The position numbers were made by a program, and so were the translations under genes. A stretch of 64,000 nucleotides of DNA from Gammaproteobacteria bacterium (lineage in GTDB: Bacteria; Pseudomonadota; Gammaproteobacteria; Thiohalomonadales; Thiohalomonadaceae): positions 114,065 to 178,064 of the forward strand of contig JAWLGP010000004.1 in assembly GCA_041685045.1 (NCBI GenBank). The letters are read 5' to 3'. The notes under the pieces were generated by a model. That model had not been told where the DNA came from, made no database searches, and saw only the letters and a list, made by a program, of their open reading frames with translations. This document shows, one piece after another, positions 39,243-48,232 of the stretch (within the stretch, counting starts at the first letter, position 1; every line of letters begins with the position of its first letter).

Positions 39243-39818
39243 TTATCGTCCGCCACGCACCAGTCGGACACTGTAATCAGTGTTTTTGTCGGCATAGTGA
39301 GCATTTCCCCGATAGAAATCGATATACCATGAATAGGTATACCACCCCATCCGGTCATCCCCGGCGTATGGCGTTGATGTCCACATCTGGTTAGGAACCG
39401 TGAAAAAAATGTCCGCGGGGAAGACCGACGCGTTCACCGCGGGCCCCCAGCAGCGTAGCTCGGCAATCGACTGTAATTCATTCTTGTTCGGCAACCGCCA
39501 GTCGGCATTGCCGGCGAAGCCACCGGCTTCATTTAACTGTTCTGTCTGATACAGCGCCTGTCGCCAATTAAAGGTACCTGCTGCCCCGGCACAGTTGTCA
39601 ACATCCCAACTCTGTCCCAACAGGCACCGCATCCAAACCAAACCCGTTTCGCTATCGGTTACCGTCCCGTTTCCGTTGTCGATCAGCCCGGCGGTGGTTG
39701 CGTTCACGGCGGTGTTTTCCCTGTCGTTTGCACAGGTGGCAGCCGCAAGCGCCGACTCGTCAACCGCCAAAATAATGAATGTAGCAATCAGCCCTGCCAC
39801 TTTGGAAACCGTCATCAT
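39243..39818 (-). CDS. Secreted DUF1566 (Lcl C-terminal / C-type-lectin-like) protein
   Basis: Signal peptide, then GLVWMRC..., WRLPNKNELQSI and ...SVRLVRGG, the DUF1566 hallmarks. Confidence 0.8.
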   Translation of the reverse strand: MMTVSKVAGLIATFIILAVDESALAAATCANDRENTAVNATTAGLIDNGNGTVTDSETGLVWMRCLLGQSWDVDNCAGAAGTFNWRQALYQTEQLNEAGGFAGNADWRLPNKNELQSIAELRCWGPAVNASVFPADIFFTVPNQMWTSTPYAGDDRMGWYTYSWYIDFYRGNAHYADKNTDYSVRLVRGGR

Positions 39819-39842
39819 TTCCCTCCCTTGCCAACCTGTTCG

Positions 39843-41237
39843 TTATTGATCCGAACGCACTAACCGGACCCGCAAACCATGCCATTTCGCCGCCTCACGA
39901 GCATTGCCTTTGTCGAAATAGACAACCCACGCGTCCGAGGCGTATTGGGCATAGGGGGTGGCAGCCCAGTATGAGGTTCCACTCGTGTTTGGAAAGAAGG
40001 CCGTGTCGATGGTAGGACCAGGGGGAGCGGTGTTGTTGTCCACGAGCGACACAAGCTCCCGAACCGTTGGCAAACGCCAGCCTCCGCCGCCGCAAAGCCC
40101 GTTGCGCTCGACCTCGGTCACGAATTTCTCGGTGTCACAGTTCTCGGCATCAACACACGTCCCGCCGTTCGTGGAACCTTCCGAACCGCCATTGGCTTCC
40201 ACATCCGGGCTGTACCAGCTGTAGGTCCAATCACGATCGTGCAGACCGGCGTCGTCGGTCTTCACCTCCCACGTCAAACCGGTAACGTTATCCTGCACGC
40301 AGGACCACCTTGTGCCGGTTGCTTCGTCACCGCCGGCATCCCACGCCGCATCCTGGATGGCGAGTGGGCGACCATCTCTACCCAGCTTGGTAAACGAAAA
40401 TCCGGCGTGCCCATCCGCGTTGTCGTTGAAGTCGACATCACGACCATAATCTCCGTCCTGCCCCTCGTGCGATGCGATCGGGCATGGCAATCCGCCGGAA
40501 GTGTCGGTCGCGCATGTTGTGACACCGGTATCATTGAGCGCTCCCGGAACATCATCGTTGACAATGACCCCGACCGCTTCAGCGTCTCCGAGCGCAGCAT
40601 TGGCCGAGACGCCGGTCAACATCAACGTCAGCGTCTCGTCCGCTTCCGGCGTCGTATCGCCGGTCACCTCCACCGCAATGGTTGCAGTGGTATTCCCCGC
40701 AAAAATGGTCAATGTTTCGTCGACAGCGCCATAGTCGTGGCCGGACCATGCCGTTTGATCTGCCGAGGTGTAGTCAACAGTGACGTTTCCGTTGGCCGGA
40801 CCTGACATGCTGACGGCAAATACAAGCTCCGTGGTCGCGCCATCACCCTCCTCCACAGTGGCATCGGCAATGCTGATGGTGGGGACTTGCGCAAAGTTTG
40901 CCGTCACCGTACAACTCGACGTGACCACTCCGGTACTGTAAGTACCTTCTTCCAAACTACCGCCGCAGCCGGTGACGCCGGTGACAGTGAACCCACTGTC
41001 TGCGGTTACGGTGAAACGAGCCTTGTTTCCTTCTCGCACCGTTGCGGTTGACGGGCTAACGCTACCCCCATCACTCGCACTGGCTTTCACTGTATAGGTC
41101 TTCGAATCGGCCGCTTGAGCGTCTGCTTCGGGCGAGGTGCCGCCACTGCTCCCCCCGCAGGCTGTGAGAAAAATCGTCAGGACAGTGATGGATGTGAGGT
41201 GAGGCCAGCGGGCACTCCGAACCGGCGTGGTCGTCAT
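39843..41237 (-). CDS. Lipoprotein with InlB-B-repeat-like, Calx-beta and DUF1566 domains
   Basis: Start trimmed to MTTPVRS...LTACGG (lipobox). Calx-beta pattern VDYTSADQTAWSGHDYGAVDETLTIFAGNTTATIAVEVTGDTTPEADETL. C-terminal GLTWEVK, WRLPTVRELVSL and RVRLVRS. Confidence 0.8.
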   Translation of the reverse strand: MTTTPVRSARWPHLTSITVLTIFLTACGGSSGGTSPEADAQAADSKTYTVKASASDGGSVSPSTATVREGNKARFTVTADSGFTVTGVTGCGGSLEEGTYSTGVVTSSCTVTANFAQVPTISIADATVEEGDGATTELVFAVSMSGPANGNVTVDYTSADQTAWSGHDYGAVDETLTIFAGNTTATIAVEVTGDTTPEADETLTLMLTGVSANAALGDAEAVGVIVNDDVPGALNDTGVTTCATDTSGGLPCPIASHEGQDGDYGRDVDFNDNADGHAGFSFTKLGRDGRPLAIQDAAWDAGGDEATGTRWSCVQDNVTGLTWEVKTDDAGLHDRDWTYSWYSPDVEANGGSEGSTNGGTCVDAENCDTEKFVTEVERNGLCGGGGWRLPTVRELVSLVDNNTAPPGPTIDTAFFPNTSGTSYWAATPYAQYASDAWVVYFDKGNAREAAKWHGLRVRLVRSDQ

Positions 41238-41695
41238 CTTACTGAACTCCTTGAGTGCACTCGCACCAACTCGGAAGAGCGGTGGGAATGTTCCAAATAA
41301 CGCGGGCATGCCAACATGAACCAAAGCGGTGCTTGGCAGCGAAAACGAGCGGTAAGTCTAGAGAGGTGCACCGGCATGCATAAGACCCCAAATGGGTCAT
41401 CCGCCGGTGAAAGGGTGCAGGAAGCGGGTCGGGCGTACACCTATCGCCGCCCTATTGTTACCCCCCAAATGCGTCCCTTCGGGTCGATCCGGACTGGCAT
41501 CGTGCCAATGGGCTACGGAGGTTTTCGAGTGTTCGGCTATTCAGGTGTGGCGCCGCTATCGAGGCGGCCGTTATTGGCCGCTGTCGATACTCGGGAAACG
41601 ATGGGCCATCAGGAGAACGCACCTCCGCCGATTGATCGTTGTCTATTTTCGACCGGCTCATGGTCGATTGGGTAAGCGGGGCTTTCGATCCTCAC

Positions 41696-42052
41696 TCAAC
41701 CGTCCTGCAGCGTCACTTGGGCCCTGCCCGATGCCTTATCGATTTCAAGTTCCACTTGGCAGTACTCGGCGAGTTCATCCATCGGAGTCGGATCGTCGGC
41801 GCAACTGCAGCCGGCGATCACACTTCGGTAGTGGATTCCTACGCCAACCCGGATGCACGAACCGGCTTCGGCGATCGTGATCACCATAACTTCGAAAGGG
41901 CTTGTGCTGAGATAGCTGCCGTGCGACACCCCCTCCTGCAACGGCAGTGCTGCCGGCGCCAGCCGCTCCAGTTCCGATTTGAGGACGGTCGCAAAAGTGG
42001 GCGTTCCCCACGCGGCCATGGCTTCGGGTAGTTCAACCAATGATTTATTCAT
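41696..42052 (-). CDS. Conserved hypothetical protein
   Basis: 118 aa with balanced composition and the motif ...VIAGCSCADDPTP.... I did not recognise a domain. Confidence 0.6.
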   Translation of the reverse strand: MNKSLVELPEAMAAWGTPTFATVLKSELERLAPAALPLQEGVSHGSYLSTSPFEVMVITIAEAGSCIRVGVGIHYRSVIAGCSCADDPTPMDELAEYCQVELEIDKASGRAQVTLQDG

Positions 42053-42253
42053 GTGCCTCCAGCATGCGCTCCCCTCTGGACCCCGCTCGCTTACCCGGTC
42101 ATATTACATGTAATCTGTCCTCACGATCCCGCCGTCTCTTGCCGGAACGTGGCGAGCTTAACGGTGGTGTTTTGGAACCCGTGACACCGCTCCGCTTCAT
42201 TCCTTCCCTCAACGCTTGGGCGGAATGCCGCGGTGATGCTAAGGAGGTATGTA

Positions 42254-43018
42254 ATGACCCGAAGGAGTTGCCGTCGCAGGCCCGAGGTTGAATGTCGTGA
42301 CTGCGAACTTTTCGGCATCTGCCAAGTCGCCGGTCTCGGCTCGATTGACGATTCACTCCTTGAGAGTGTGGTCTCACGGCGATGGCCGGTTGCCAGGGGC
42401 GACAAGCTGGTCACTCCCGGCACACCGTTTCGCGGCATCTTTGCGGTGAAGTCCGGGGCATTCAGAACGCTCAGCCGTATTGGACAGCGGGTTCGGGTCA
42501 CCGACTTCCACTTCCCGGGCGAGTTGATCGGGCTTGAGACCATCGAAAGTGGTGGTTACATCCATACGGTCGAAGCCCTGGACGACAGCAGCATCTGTGA
42601 ACTCGGCTTCTCCCGCCTGCACCGACTGGGCCCTCGACTGGTGCAGTTCCAGGAACAGCTCATCCAGGCCATGAGCCGGCGCATGCGGCACGATCAGCAA
42701 CTTTGCGCGCTGGCCAGGGCGCAGAACTCCGAACAGCGGCTGGCCGCTTTTTTGTACAGCGTGGCGACCCGCCTCAATCCCGACCAGAGGCCCGCCGCCG
42801 AATTCCGTCTGCCCATGCTGCGCGAGGATATTGCCGATTATCTTGGCCTGGCGATCGAGACGATCAGCCGTCTACTCACCCAATTCAGCCAACGCGGGAT
42901 TCTCCATCTCCGGGGCCGAAACGCCCAGATTCACGATTTTAAAAGCTTGCGTGCGCTGGCCGGACTCGATGTGCTCGTGGAGCCGGCCGGTATCGAACCG
43001 CCAGCCGAACCTTGCTGA
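42254..43018 (+). CDS. fnr: FNR/ANR-type oxygen-sensing Crp-family regulator
   Basis: ATG 42254 sits 6 nt after AGGAGG. N-terminal Cys-x2-Cys-x5-Cys (ECRDCELFGIC) plus a central Cys (SSICELGF), as in the E. coli FNR [4Fe-4S] ligands. Recognition helix IETISRLL (E--SR). Confidence 0.85.
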   Translation: MTRRSCRRRPEVECRDCELFGICQVAGLGSIDDSLLESVVSRRWPVARGDKLVTPGTPFRGIFAVKSGAFRTLSRIGQRVRVTDFHFPGELIGLETIESGGYIHTVEALDDSSICELGFSRLHRLGPRLVQFQEQLIQAMSRRMRHDQQLCALARAQNSEQRLAAFLYSVATRLNPDQRPAAEFRLPMLREDIADYLGLAIETISRLLTQFSQRGILHLRGRNAQIHDFKSLRALAGLDVLVEPAGIEPPAEPC

Positions 43019-43054
43019 GCCGTCTTGATTCGGTACCGAAGGTCGGTTTCGGCA

Positions 43055-43068
43055 TTGATCCGGCTCAA
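43055..43068. promoter_or_regulatory. Candidate FNR box upstream of the NorE-like gene
   Basis: TTGATCCGGCTCAA matches TTGAT-N4-ATCAA at 9 of 10 positions. It is centred about 62 nt upstream of ATG 43124. Confidence 0.4.
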
Positions 43069-43123
43069 GGCCCGTAGAGGCGCGCCGCGCTAGAGTTCAG
43101 GGCCAGTCAACGGAAGTGTGCTC

Positions 43124-43720
43124 ATGGCCGATGCGACGCTTGCCTCCGAAGCGCCCCCACTGCGGGCTGGACGTATCCCCGGCAGCGCGGCGATTTGGGT
43201 CGGGATCACCTGTGAATTCGTCGAATTCGCTGTGCTCTTCGCCGTCTATTTCATCGCCCGCGTCCACTTTCCCGAGGCATTCCATAACGGCCCCGAGCGA
43301 CTTTCGACCACCGCCGGCACCACCATCACCCTGCTGATGGTGACCAGCAGCTACTTCATCGCCTGCGCCGTGCACGCCATGCGTCGCGACCGCCGCCGCA
43401 GTGCCTGCGTCTGGCTCACCGCGGCGCTTGTGGTGGCGCTTGGTTATCCGCTGGTCAAATACCTGGAAGTGCGCTGGAATCTCGCCCACGGGATCGACGG
43501 TGATGCCGGCATCTTTGTCACCGTCTACTACTACCTGACCATTAACCATCTCGTTCACGCCTCGTGGGGCATCTTCGGCATCCTTTTCGTCCTGGCGCGA
43601 CTCGCGTTCGGCGGCTACAGCGCGCACGACCACACTGGTCTGGAGGCCCTCGGCAGCTATTGGCACGCCACCGATATGATCTGGCTGGTCCTGTTTACCC
43701 TGTTCTACGTGCTGGCCTGA
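43124..43720 (+). CDS. Heme-copper oxidase subunit III family protein (NorE-like)
   Basis: 198 aa with 5 TM helices and ...YWHATDMIWLVLFTLFYV, the COX-III C-terminal signature. There is no subunit I or II in the window. Confidence 0.75.
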   Translation: MADATLASEAPPLRAGRIPGSAAIWVGITCEFVEFAVLFAVYFIARVHFPEAFHNGPERLSTTAGTTITLLMVTSSYFIACAVHAMRRDRRRSACVWLTAALVVALGYPLVKYLEVRWNLAHGIDGDAGIFVTVYYYLTINHLVHASWGIFGILFVLARLAFGGYSAHDHTGLEALGSYWHATDMIWLVLFTLFYVLA

Positions 43721-43721
43721 A

Positions 43722-44021
43722 ATGAACCCACCGACCGACAGCCGCACCTCTCTGACCTTGGCCTGGCTCGCCCTGGTCGCCTTGACCCTGGCCAGCATCG
43801 CCCTCGGTAAATGGAGCGCCGCCGCACCCTGGCCCCCGCTACTGATGGCGCTCATCATCTGGACCAAATGCGCCATCGTCGCCGACCGTTTCATCGAAGC
43901 GAACCGGGCGCATCCGTTTGTCCGTCGCGTCGTCCAGACCTTCATCGTGCTGGCCCCGCTCGCCCTGGTGCTCGCCACCCTTTTCGGTCCGGGGATCGGG
44001 CGCTGGACAACACTGGAGTGA
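43722..44021 (+). CDS. Small 3-TM membrane protein (prokaryotic COX-IV / NorF-like)
   Basis: 99 aa, starting 1 nt after the NorE-like stop, with three hydrophobic helices. The family call comes from context and size only. Confidence 0.5.
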   Translation: MNPPTDSRTSLTLAWLALVALTLASIALGKWSAAAPWPPLLMALIIWTKCAIVADRFIEANRAHPFVRRVVQTFIVLAPLALVLATLFGPGIGRWTTLE

Positions 44022-44074
44022 AGCGGGCCGGGCCCCCTCTCAGAGGGCGATGCCCCGCAGAAACCCCACAGCAT

Positions 44075-44443
44075 TCAACGCGGCTCGGGCCGGGTCAGCA
44101 GGAAGGTCCCCACAGCAACGAACAGCAGCGCCAGCCCGGCCAACAGCCAGTGATTTCCGATGCGCCAGTACATGATCGCCCAACTGACAACCAGCAGCAC
44201 GACCGCGATACGCTTGCTGCGACGGGAAACGGCCCCCTGCTGCTCCCAGTCGATCAGCAGCGCGCCGAAATGGGGGTGCCCGTAGAGCCAGCGATGGAGC
44301 CGTTCAGAGCCGCGGGCCGCAAACCAGGCGCTCAACAGCAGAAACGGAACCGTCGGCAGGCCCGGCAACACGATGCCGACAATCGCCAGCCCCAAGAAGA
44401 GGTATGCGAGTAGCAGCGAGGGCCAACGGATCAGGTGCGACAT
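44075..44443 (-). CDS. YbaN/DUF454 inner-membrane protein
   Basis: Start trimmed to MSHLIRWPSLLLAYLFLGLAIVGIVLPGLPTVPFLLLSAWFAARGSERLHRWL, a classic DUF454 N-terminus. Confidence 0.8.
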   Translation of the reverse strand: MSHLIRWPSLLLAYLFLGLAIVGIVLPGLPTVPFLLLSAWFAARGSERLHRWLYGHPHFGALLIDWEQQGAVSRRSKRIAVVLLVVSWAIMYWRIGNHWLLAGLALLFVAVGTFLLTRPEPR

Positions 44444-44460
44444 CGGCTGAAATACAGGGG

Positions 44461-44916
44461 TTAACCGCGGATACCCAGGATCTTGAGCGTCCGCATATCC
44501 TGCTCCCCTTGGAAGTACCGTTCGAGGACACGCGCAAATACCGAATCGGGCCCCGCCACCTGGGAGAACAGCGTCATCGACGACTTGAGCTTCCGGTCGT
44601 CGGGGTGCCCCAAAATCTCTTGGGCCGAGCGGCCCGAAATTGCAAGCAACGCTTCGCAACAGGCCAACAACCGCTCGCCGAGAAGCGGATGCTGCAGGTA
44701 CGCCTGCGCCTCCTCGCCACTCTTGATGGCGTAGTACCGGGTGGTGTCGCTGTGCCCCAGTCCTTCAATCTGCGGAAAGACAAACCACATCCAGTGCGTC
44801 TGTTTCCGCCCCGCCCCGAGCTCCGCCAGGACCTCTCCATAGACGGCCTCCTGTGCACGAACGAAGCGGCCCAAGTGGTACGGATCCGCCCTACCCCCAT
44901 TCCCGTTCTCAGCCAT
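44461..44916 (-). CDS. DUF1810 family protein
   Basis: DPYHLGRFVRAQ...HWMWFVFPQIEGLGHS...YAI....EAQAYLQHPLLG. Confidence 0.8.
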   Translation of the reverse strand: MAENGNGGRADPYHLGRFVRAQEAVYGEVLAELGAGRKQTHWMWFVFPQIEGLGHSDTTRYYAIKSGEEAQAYLQHPLLGERLLACCEALLAISGRSAQEILGHPDDRKLKSSMTLFSQVAGPDSVFARVLERYFQGEQDMRTLKILGIRG

Positions 44917-44931
44917 ATCGACTCCTTACCG

Positions 44932-45837
44932 TCAGTGCTCTTCGCGGTCTCGAGTCGTCGGTCCCGCATCCTCCAGGAAATCGACCCACTCCCGCCAGTC
45001 CTCCGGCACCACCTGTTCCGGCCAATCGTTGTGACCGGCGCTCGGGAGCGTCCACAGTCGTTTGCGTTCGACAGCGAGTTCATCGTACAGCCGCCGGCCG
45101 GAAGCGGCCGGGATAATCTCGTCCTCCCCGGCGACGACAACGCCCACGCGCCCCGCGTAGCCGCTGAGGTGCCCGACGCTATCGTACCGATCGCGCAACA
45201 ACAGCCGAGTGGGCAGCCAGGGGAAATGAACCCGGGCCACCGCTGCCAGGTTATCCCAGGGCGTCACGAGCAGTACACCTTGCACGGGAAGTCGGCCCCC
45301 GGCCGCTGACGCAGCCGCGACAGCAGCCCCGAGCGACTCGCCGGCCAAATAGAGCGGCCCGCCATAGCGTCGATAGGCCTCCCGCACCACCGCCCGCGCC
45401 TCCTCGGCCAAGGCCTGCTCACGCCGCGGGCCGTTGGGTCGGGCGCCAAAACCGGAATACTCGACCAGCAGCACGCGGTAGCCCAGCGCCGTCAGCGGCC
45501 GTGAGAAATAGCTCCGGTGCTGGGCCGCGCCGGCGTTGCCGTGAAAAACGACAAACGTGCCCCGCTCCGGTACGCCCGTGGGCTCGGCGACCAACGCCAG
45601 ATAGCCGGCATCGGCCGACGGCCAGAGCGTGAATCCGCGTGAATGGGCGGCTTCCTCCACCGCTGCGAGCGAGTCCACGGCGGGATAGAAGAGGTACGAC
45701 TCCTGACGCCAGAACAGCAGCATGCAAAATCCAAGATAGATAACGGCACCAAGCCGGGCGAGGCGCGCCACAGCGCGGGCCAGTGCTCGCACCTGTGAAT
45801 TCGCGGGCATGAAAAACACCTGATTCAGCAATCCCAT
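44932..45837 (-). CDS. Alpha/beta hydrolase with N-terminal membrane anchor
   Basis: HGNAG oxyanion region, GESLGAAVA nucleophile elbow, and a C-terminal ...GHND. Confidence 0.8.
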   Translation of the reverse strand: MGLLNQVFFMPANSQVRALARAVARLARLGAVIYLGFCMLLFWRQESYLFYPAVDSLAAVEEAAHSRGFTLWPSADAGYLALVAEPTGVPERGTFVVFHGNAGAAQHRSYFSRPLTALGYRVLLVEYSGFGARPNGPRREQALAEEARAVVREAYRRYGGPLYLAGESLGAAVAAASAAGGRLPVQGVLLVTPWDNLAAVARVHFPWLPTRLLLRDRYDSVGHLSGYAGRVGVVVAGEDEIIPAASGRRLYDELAVERKRLWTLPSAGHNDWPEQVVPEDWREWVDFLEDAGPTTRDREEH

Positions 45838-46238
45838 GCAACGCTATAGGCATACGCCCCTGTTGGCCCGCGAACCACTCGCCTGTTCCTCATCCTCGTT
45901 CCCACGTACAGTGCACCCCAAAATTAAAGTTCGTCCGCGTAACCGGGATTCGGTTGCAGAAATGTCCACCCCTGGCGGCGGCTTCACGGGGGGATGTCGC
46001 CGTCAACCTTGATGCCCCCATTATGAAAGAAGCGGATTGCAGGGCAAGTCCGGGTAGTCAGAAAGCCGTGCGGCCTGTTGCCGGTTGATAGCCGGGGCCC
46101 GTCGACGTGTCCGCCATGCGCCGACCGAAAATGACACCGCAGCAACCAGTGGTACTATTAGGTCGGGCGTTTCTGGCGCGGGACTACCGACCCGGGAGCG
46201 GCCAGCAGGGAGACCTCGGATCAGCCTGAGCGGGGGAC

Positions 46239-47687
46239 ATGCCGAAAAGAAATGGACAAGGGCAAGCGCTCACCAAAGGCGATGCTGCCTATGACGACGC
46301 GATCCTGGCAGAACAGGTGCGACAACTTTACGACGTCGCCCCCATTGGATTCATTGCCAGCCTCATCAATTCGCTGATCCTCTTTATTGTCGCCAAACAT
46401 GTGGTGAGCTTCACGCTGATCGCCACCTGGCTTGCGAGTATATGGGGCCTGACGATGCTACGCATCGGCCTCGTCGTATGGTTCCGAACGAGCGGCGCCC
46501 AGCCGGAGCGCGCGCCCGTATGGGAGCGGCGGTTCCTGCTATCCGTTGCCCTGGTAGGCCTCGCCTGGGGGAGCCTCGGGCTATTTCCGCTGCGGGAAGC
46601 CTCGCTCGCTTACCAGGTCTTCTTCGCCTTTGTGCTCGGGGGAATGGCTGCGGGCGCAGCGTCCACCTTTTCCATGGTGAAGCACGGTTACGCCGCCTAC
46701 AGCGTCCCCGCCCTCGTCCCCTTGGCTTTGCACTTCCTGCTACTGGAAGGTGAATTCCATTACGCCATGGCAGCCATGATTTTTCTCTTCGGGGCCCTGC
46801 TCTGGCGGATCGCCCTGCACAACTATTCCGTCAACAGGACGTCGCTTCTGCTGCGTTTTGAGAACCGGGAGATGATTGACAAGCTGCAAACCGCAAACGA
46901 GCACATGGAGCGCCTTAACGCGAAGCTGCTGGCGGAGATGAAAGCCAAGCTCAAAGCGGAGGCCGAGCTCAGGCAATATCATGAACACCTCGAGCGCGTT
47001 GTCGAGAAGCGGACCGCCGACCTCAGTCTGGCGAACCGTGAGCTCGAGCAGTTCGCCTATGTCGCCTCGCATGATTTGAAGGCGCCACTGCGAGCGGTAT
47101 CCAACCTCGCACTCGTCATTGACGAAGATGCGTCCGGGGGCCTGGACGAGGAGAACCGACAACGGCTCAGGCAGCTGCGTGAGCGTGTCCAGCGCATGGA
47201 CGCACTCATCGAAGGCATGCTCGCCTATGCGCGGCTCGGCCAGCCGTCCGCCACAACCGATAGCGTGGCGCTTGCCGACGTCCTTACCGAACTGTGCAAC
47301 GAACTGCCTCTGCCTTCCGGCTTCGTTCTGGAATGGGAGTCACCGCTACCGCAACTCCAGGTCGCCCCCCTCCACATCCGGCAGATCCTCCAGAACCTGA
47401 TCGCCAATGCGATTCAGCATCATGATCGTTCCGCCGGCCACATCTGGGTCCGTGCCCGGGATGCCGGCAAGCATTGGCACCTGGAAGTGGCGGATGATGG
47501 CCCGGGTATCCCCGAGGCACAGCGGCAAGAGGTGTTCCGTATGTTCACGACGGGCAGCAAGGAGGGGCACACCGGTATCGGTTTGGCGGTCGTTCGGAAG
47601 CTTGCAGCCGGATACGGCGCTCACGTGGAAGCCTTTGCGAACCATCCACGAGGCTCCATTTTCCGCCTGACCTGGCCGAAACACTGA
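46239..47687 (+). CDS. Membrane sensor histidine kinase
   Basis: About 6 TM helices and a coiled coil, then the H-box FAYVASHDLKAPLR and HATPase boxes (NLIANAIQH, DDGPGI, GIGLAV). Confidence 0.8.
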   Translation: MPKRNGQGQALTKGDAAYDDAILAEQVRQLYDVAPIGFIASLINSLILFIVAKHVVSFTLIATWLASIWGLTMLRIGLVVWFRTSGAQPERAPVWERRFLLSVALVGLAWGSLGLFPLREASLAYQVFFAFVLGGMAAGAASTFSMVKHGYAAYSVPALVPLALHFLLLEGEFHYAMAAMIFLFGALLWRIALHNYSVNRTSLLLRFENREMIDKLQTANEHMERLNAKLLAEMKAKLKAEAELRQYHEHLERVVEKRTADLSLANRELEQFAYVASHDLKAPLRAVSNLALVIDEDASGGLDEENRQRLRQLRERVQRMDALIEGMLAYARLGQPSATTDSVALADVLTELCNELPLPSGFVLEWESPLPQLQVAPLHIRQILQNLIANAIQHHDRSAGHIWVRARDAGKHWHLEVADDGPGIPEAQRQEVFRMFTTGSKEGHTGIGLAVVRKLAAGYGAHVEAFANHPRGSIFRLTWPKH

Positions 47688-47719
47688 TGGCAAGTACCGT
47701 TCGAACGGCACCCGGCGGA

Positions 47720-48232
47720 TCAGGTTGACCTGCGCCGGGCAATGTAGACGTCCGACGCTTCCACACTGTCCTGACCGTGAAGCCAAGCCTCGAAGGTTTC
47801 GGCCGTGAGGCGTCCCGAAACCGCAGCCCTGCGCCCGCCGCTGAACAGGTAGCTGCGAGGCAGCTCTCCATACCACGTCCGGTCCACCTCGAAACGCAGT
47901 CGCTCGGGTGGGGCGGCAAATAGCCAGGCGTCTGTTTGGCCCAGGCCAAAACGGGTCAACACGCGTCTTGCTTCGGCGGCCGCCCCCGGGCCGTCGGTCG
48001 AGACCAGGACCAGATCGAAGGGCCGCGAACGCTGCACCTCACCCAGCATCTTCAACTCCGAATAGCAGGGGGGACAGTCGATCGACCAGAAAACCAGCAC
48101 GAATGGATTGGTGCCTCGCGTATCGACGATGGCCCGATAGCTGCCGCTCTCAAAGGGCTTCAACTCCTGGGCAAAAAGCGGAGCCCCCCAGCACAGGAGC
48201 AGGATAATGAACAGCCGACGGTCAAGGCCCAT
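47720..48232 (-). CDS. Periplasmic thioredoxin-fold (TlpA/redoxin-like) protein, CPPC active site
   Basis: Start trimmed to MGLDRRLFIILLLCWGAPLFAQE (signal peptide). Contains FVLVFWSIDCPPCYSEL. Its start overlaps the upstream gene's stop by 11 nt. Confidence 0.75.
   Translation of the reverse strand: MGLDRRLFIILLLCWGAPLFAQELKPFESGSYRAIVDTRGTNPFVLVFWSIDCPPCYSELKMLGEVQRSRPFDLVLVSTDGPGAAAEARRVLTRFGLGQTDAWLFAAPPERLRFEVDRTWYGELPRSYLFSGGRRAAVSGRLTAETFEAWLHGQDSVEASDVYIARRRST

Noticed and set aside
39243-41237. Diversity-generating retroelement targeting the DUF1566 C-termini
   Set aside because: There is no reverse transcriptase gene in the window. I found no template repeat resembling either C-terminal coding region, and the two C-termini are not near-identical at the DNA level.
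41458-41661. 67-aa minus-strand ORF in the long intergenic region
   Set aside because: It shows no codon bias typical of local genes, has no RBS and has no motif.
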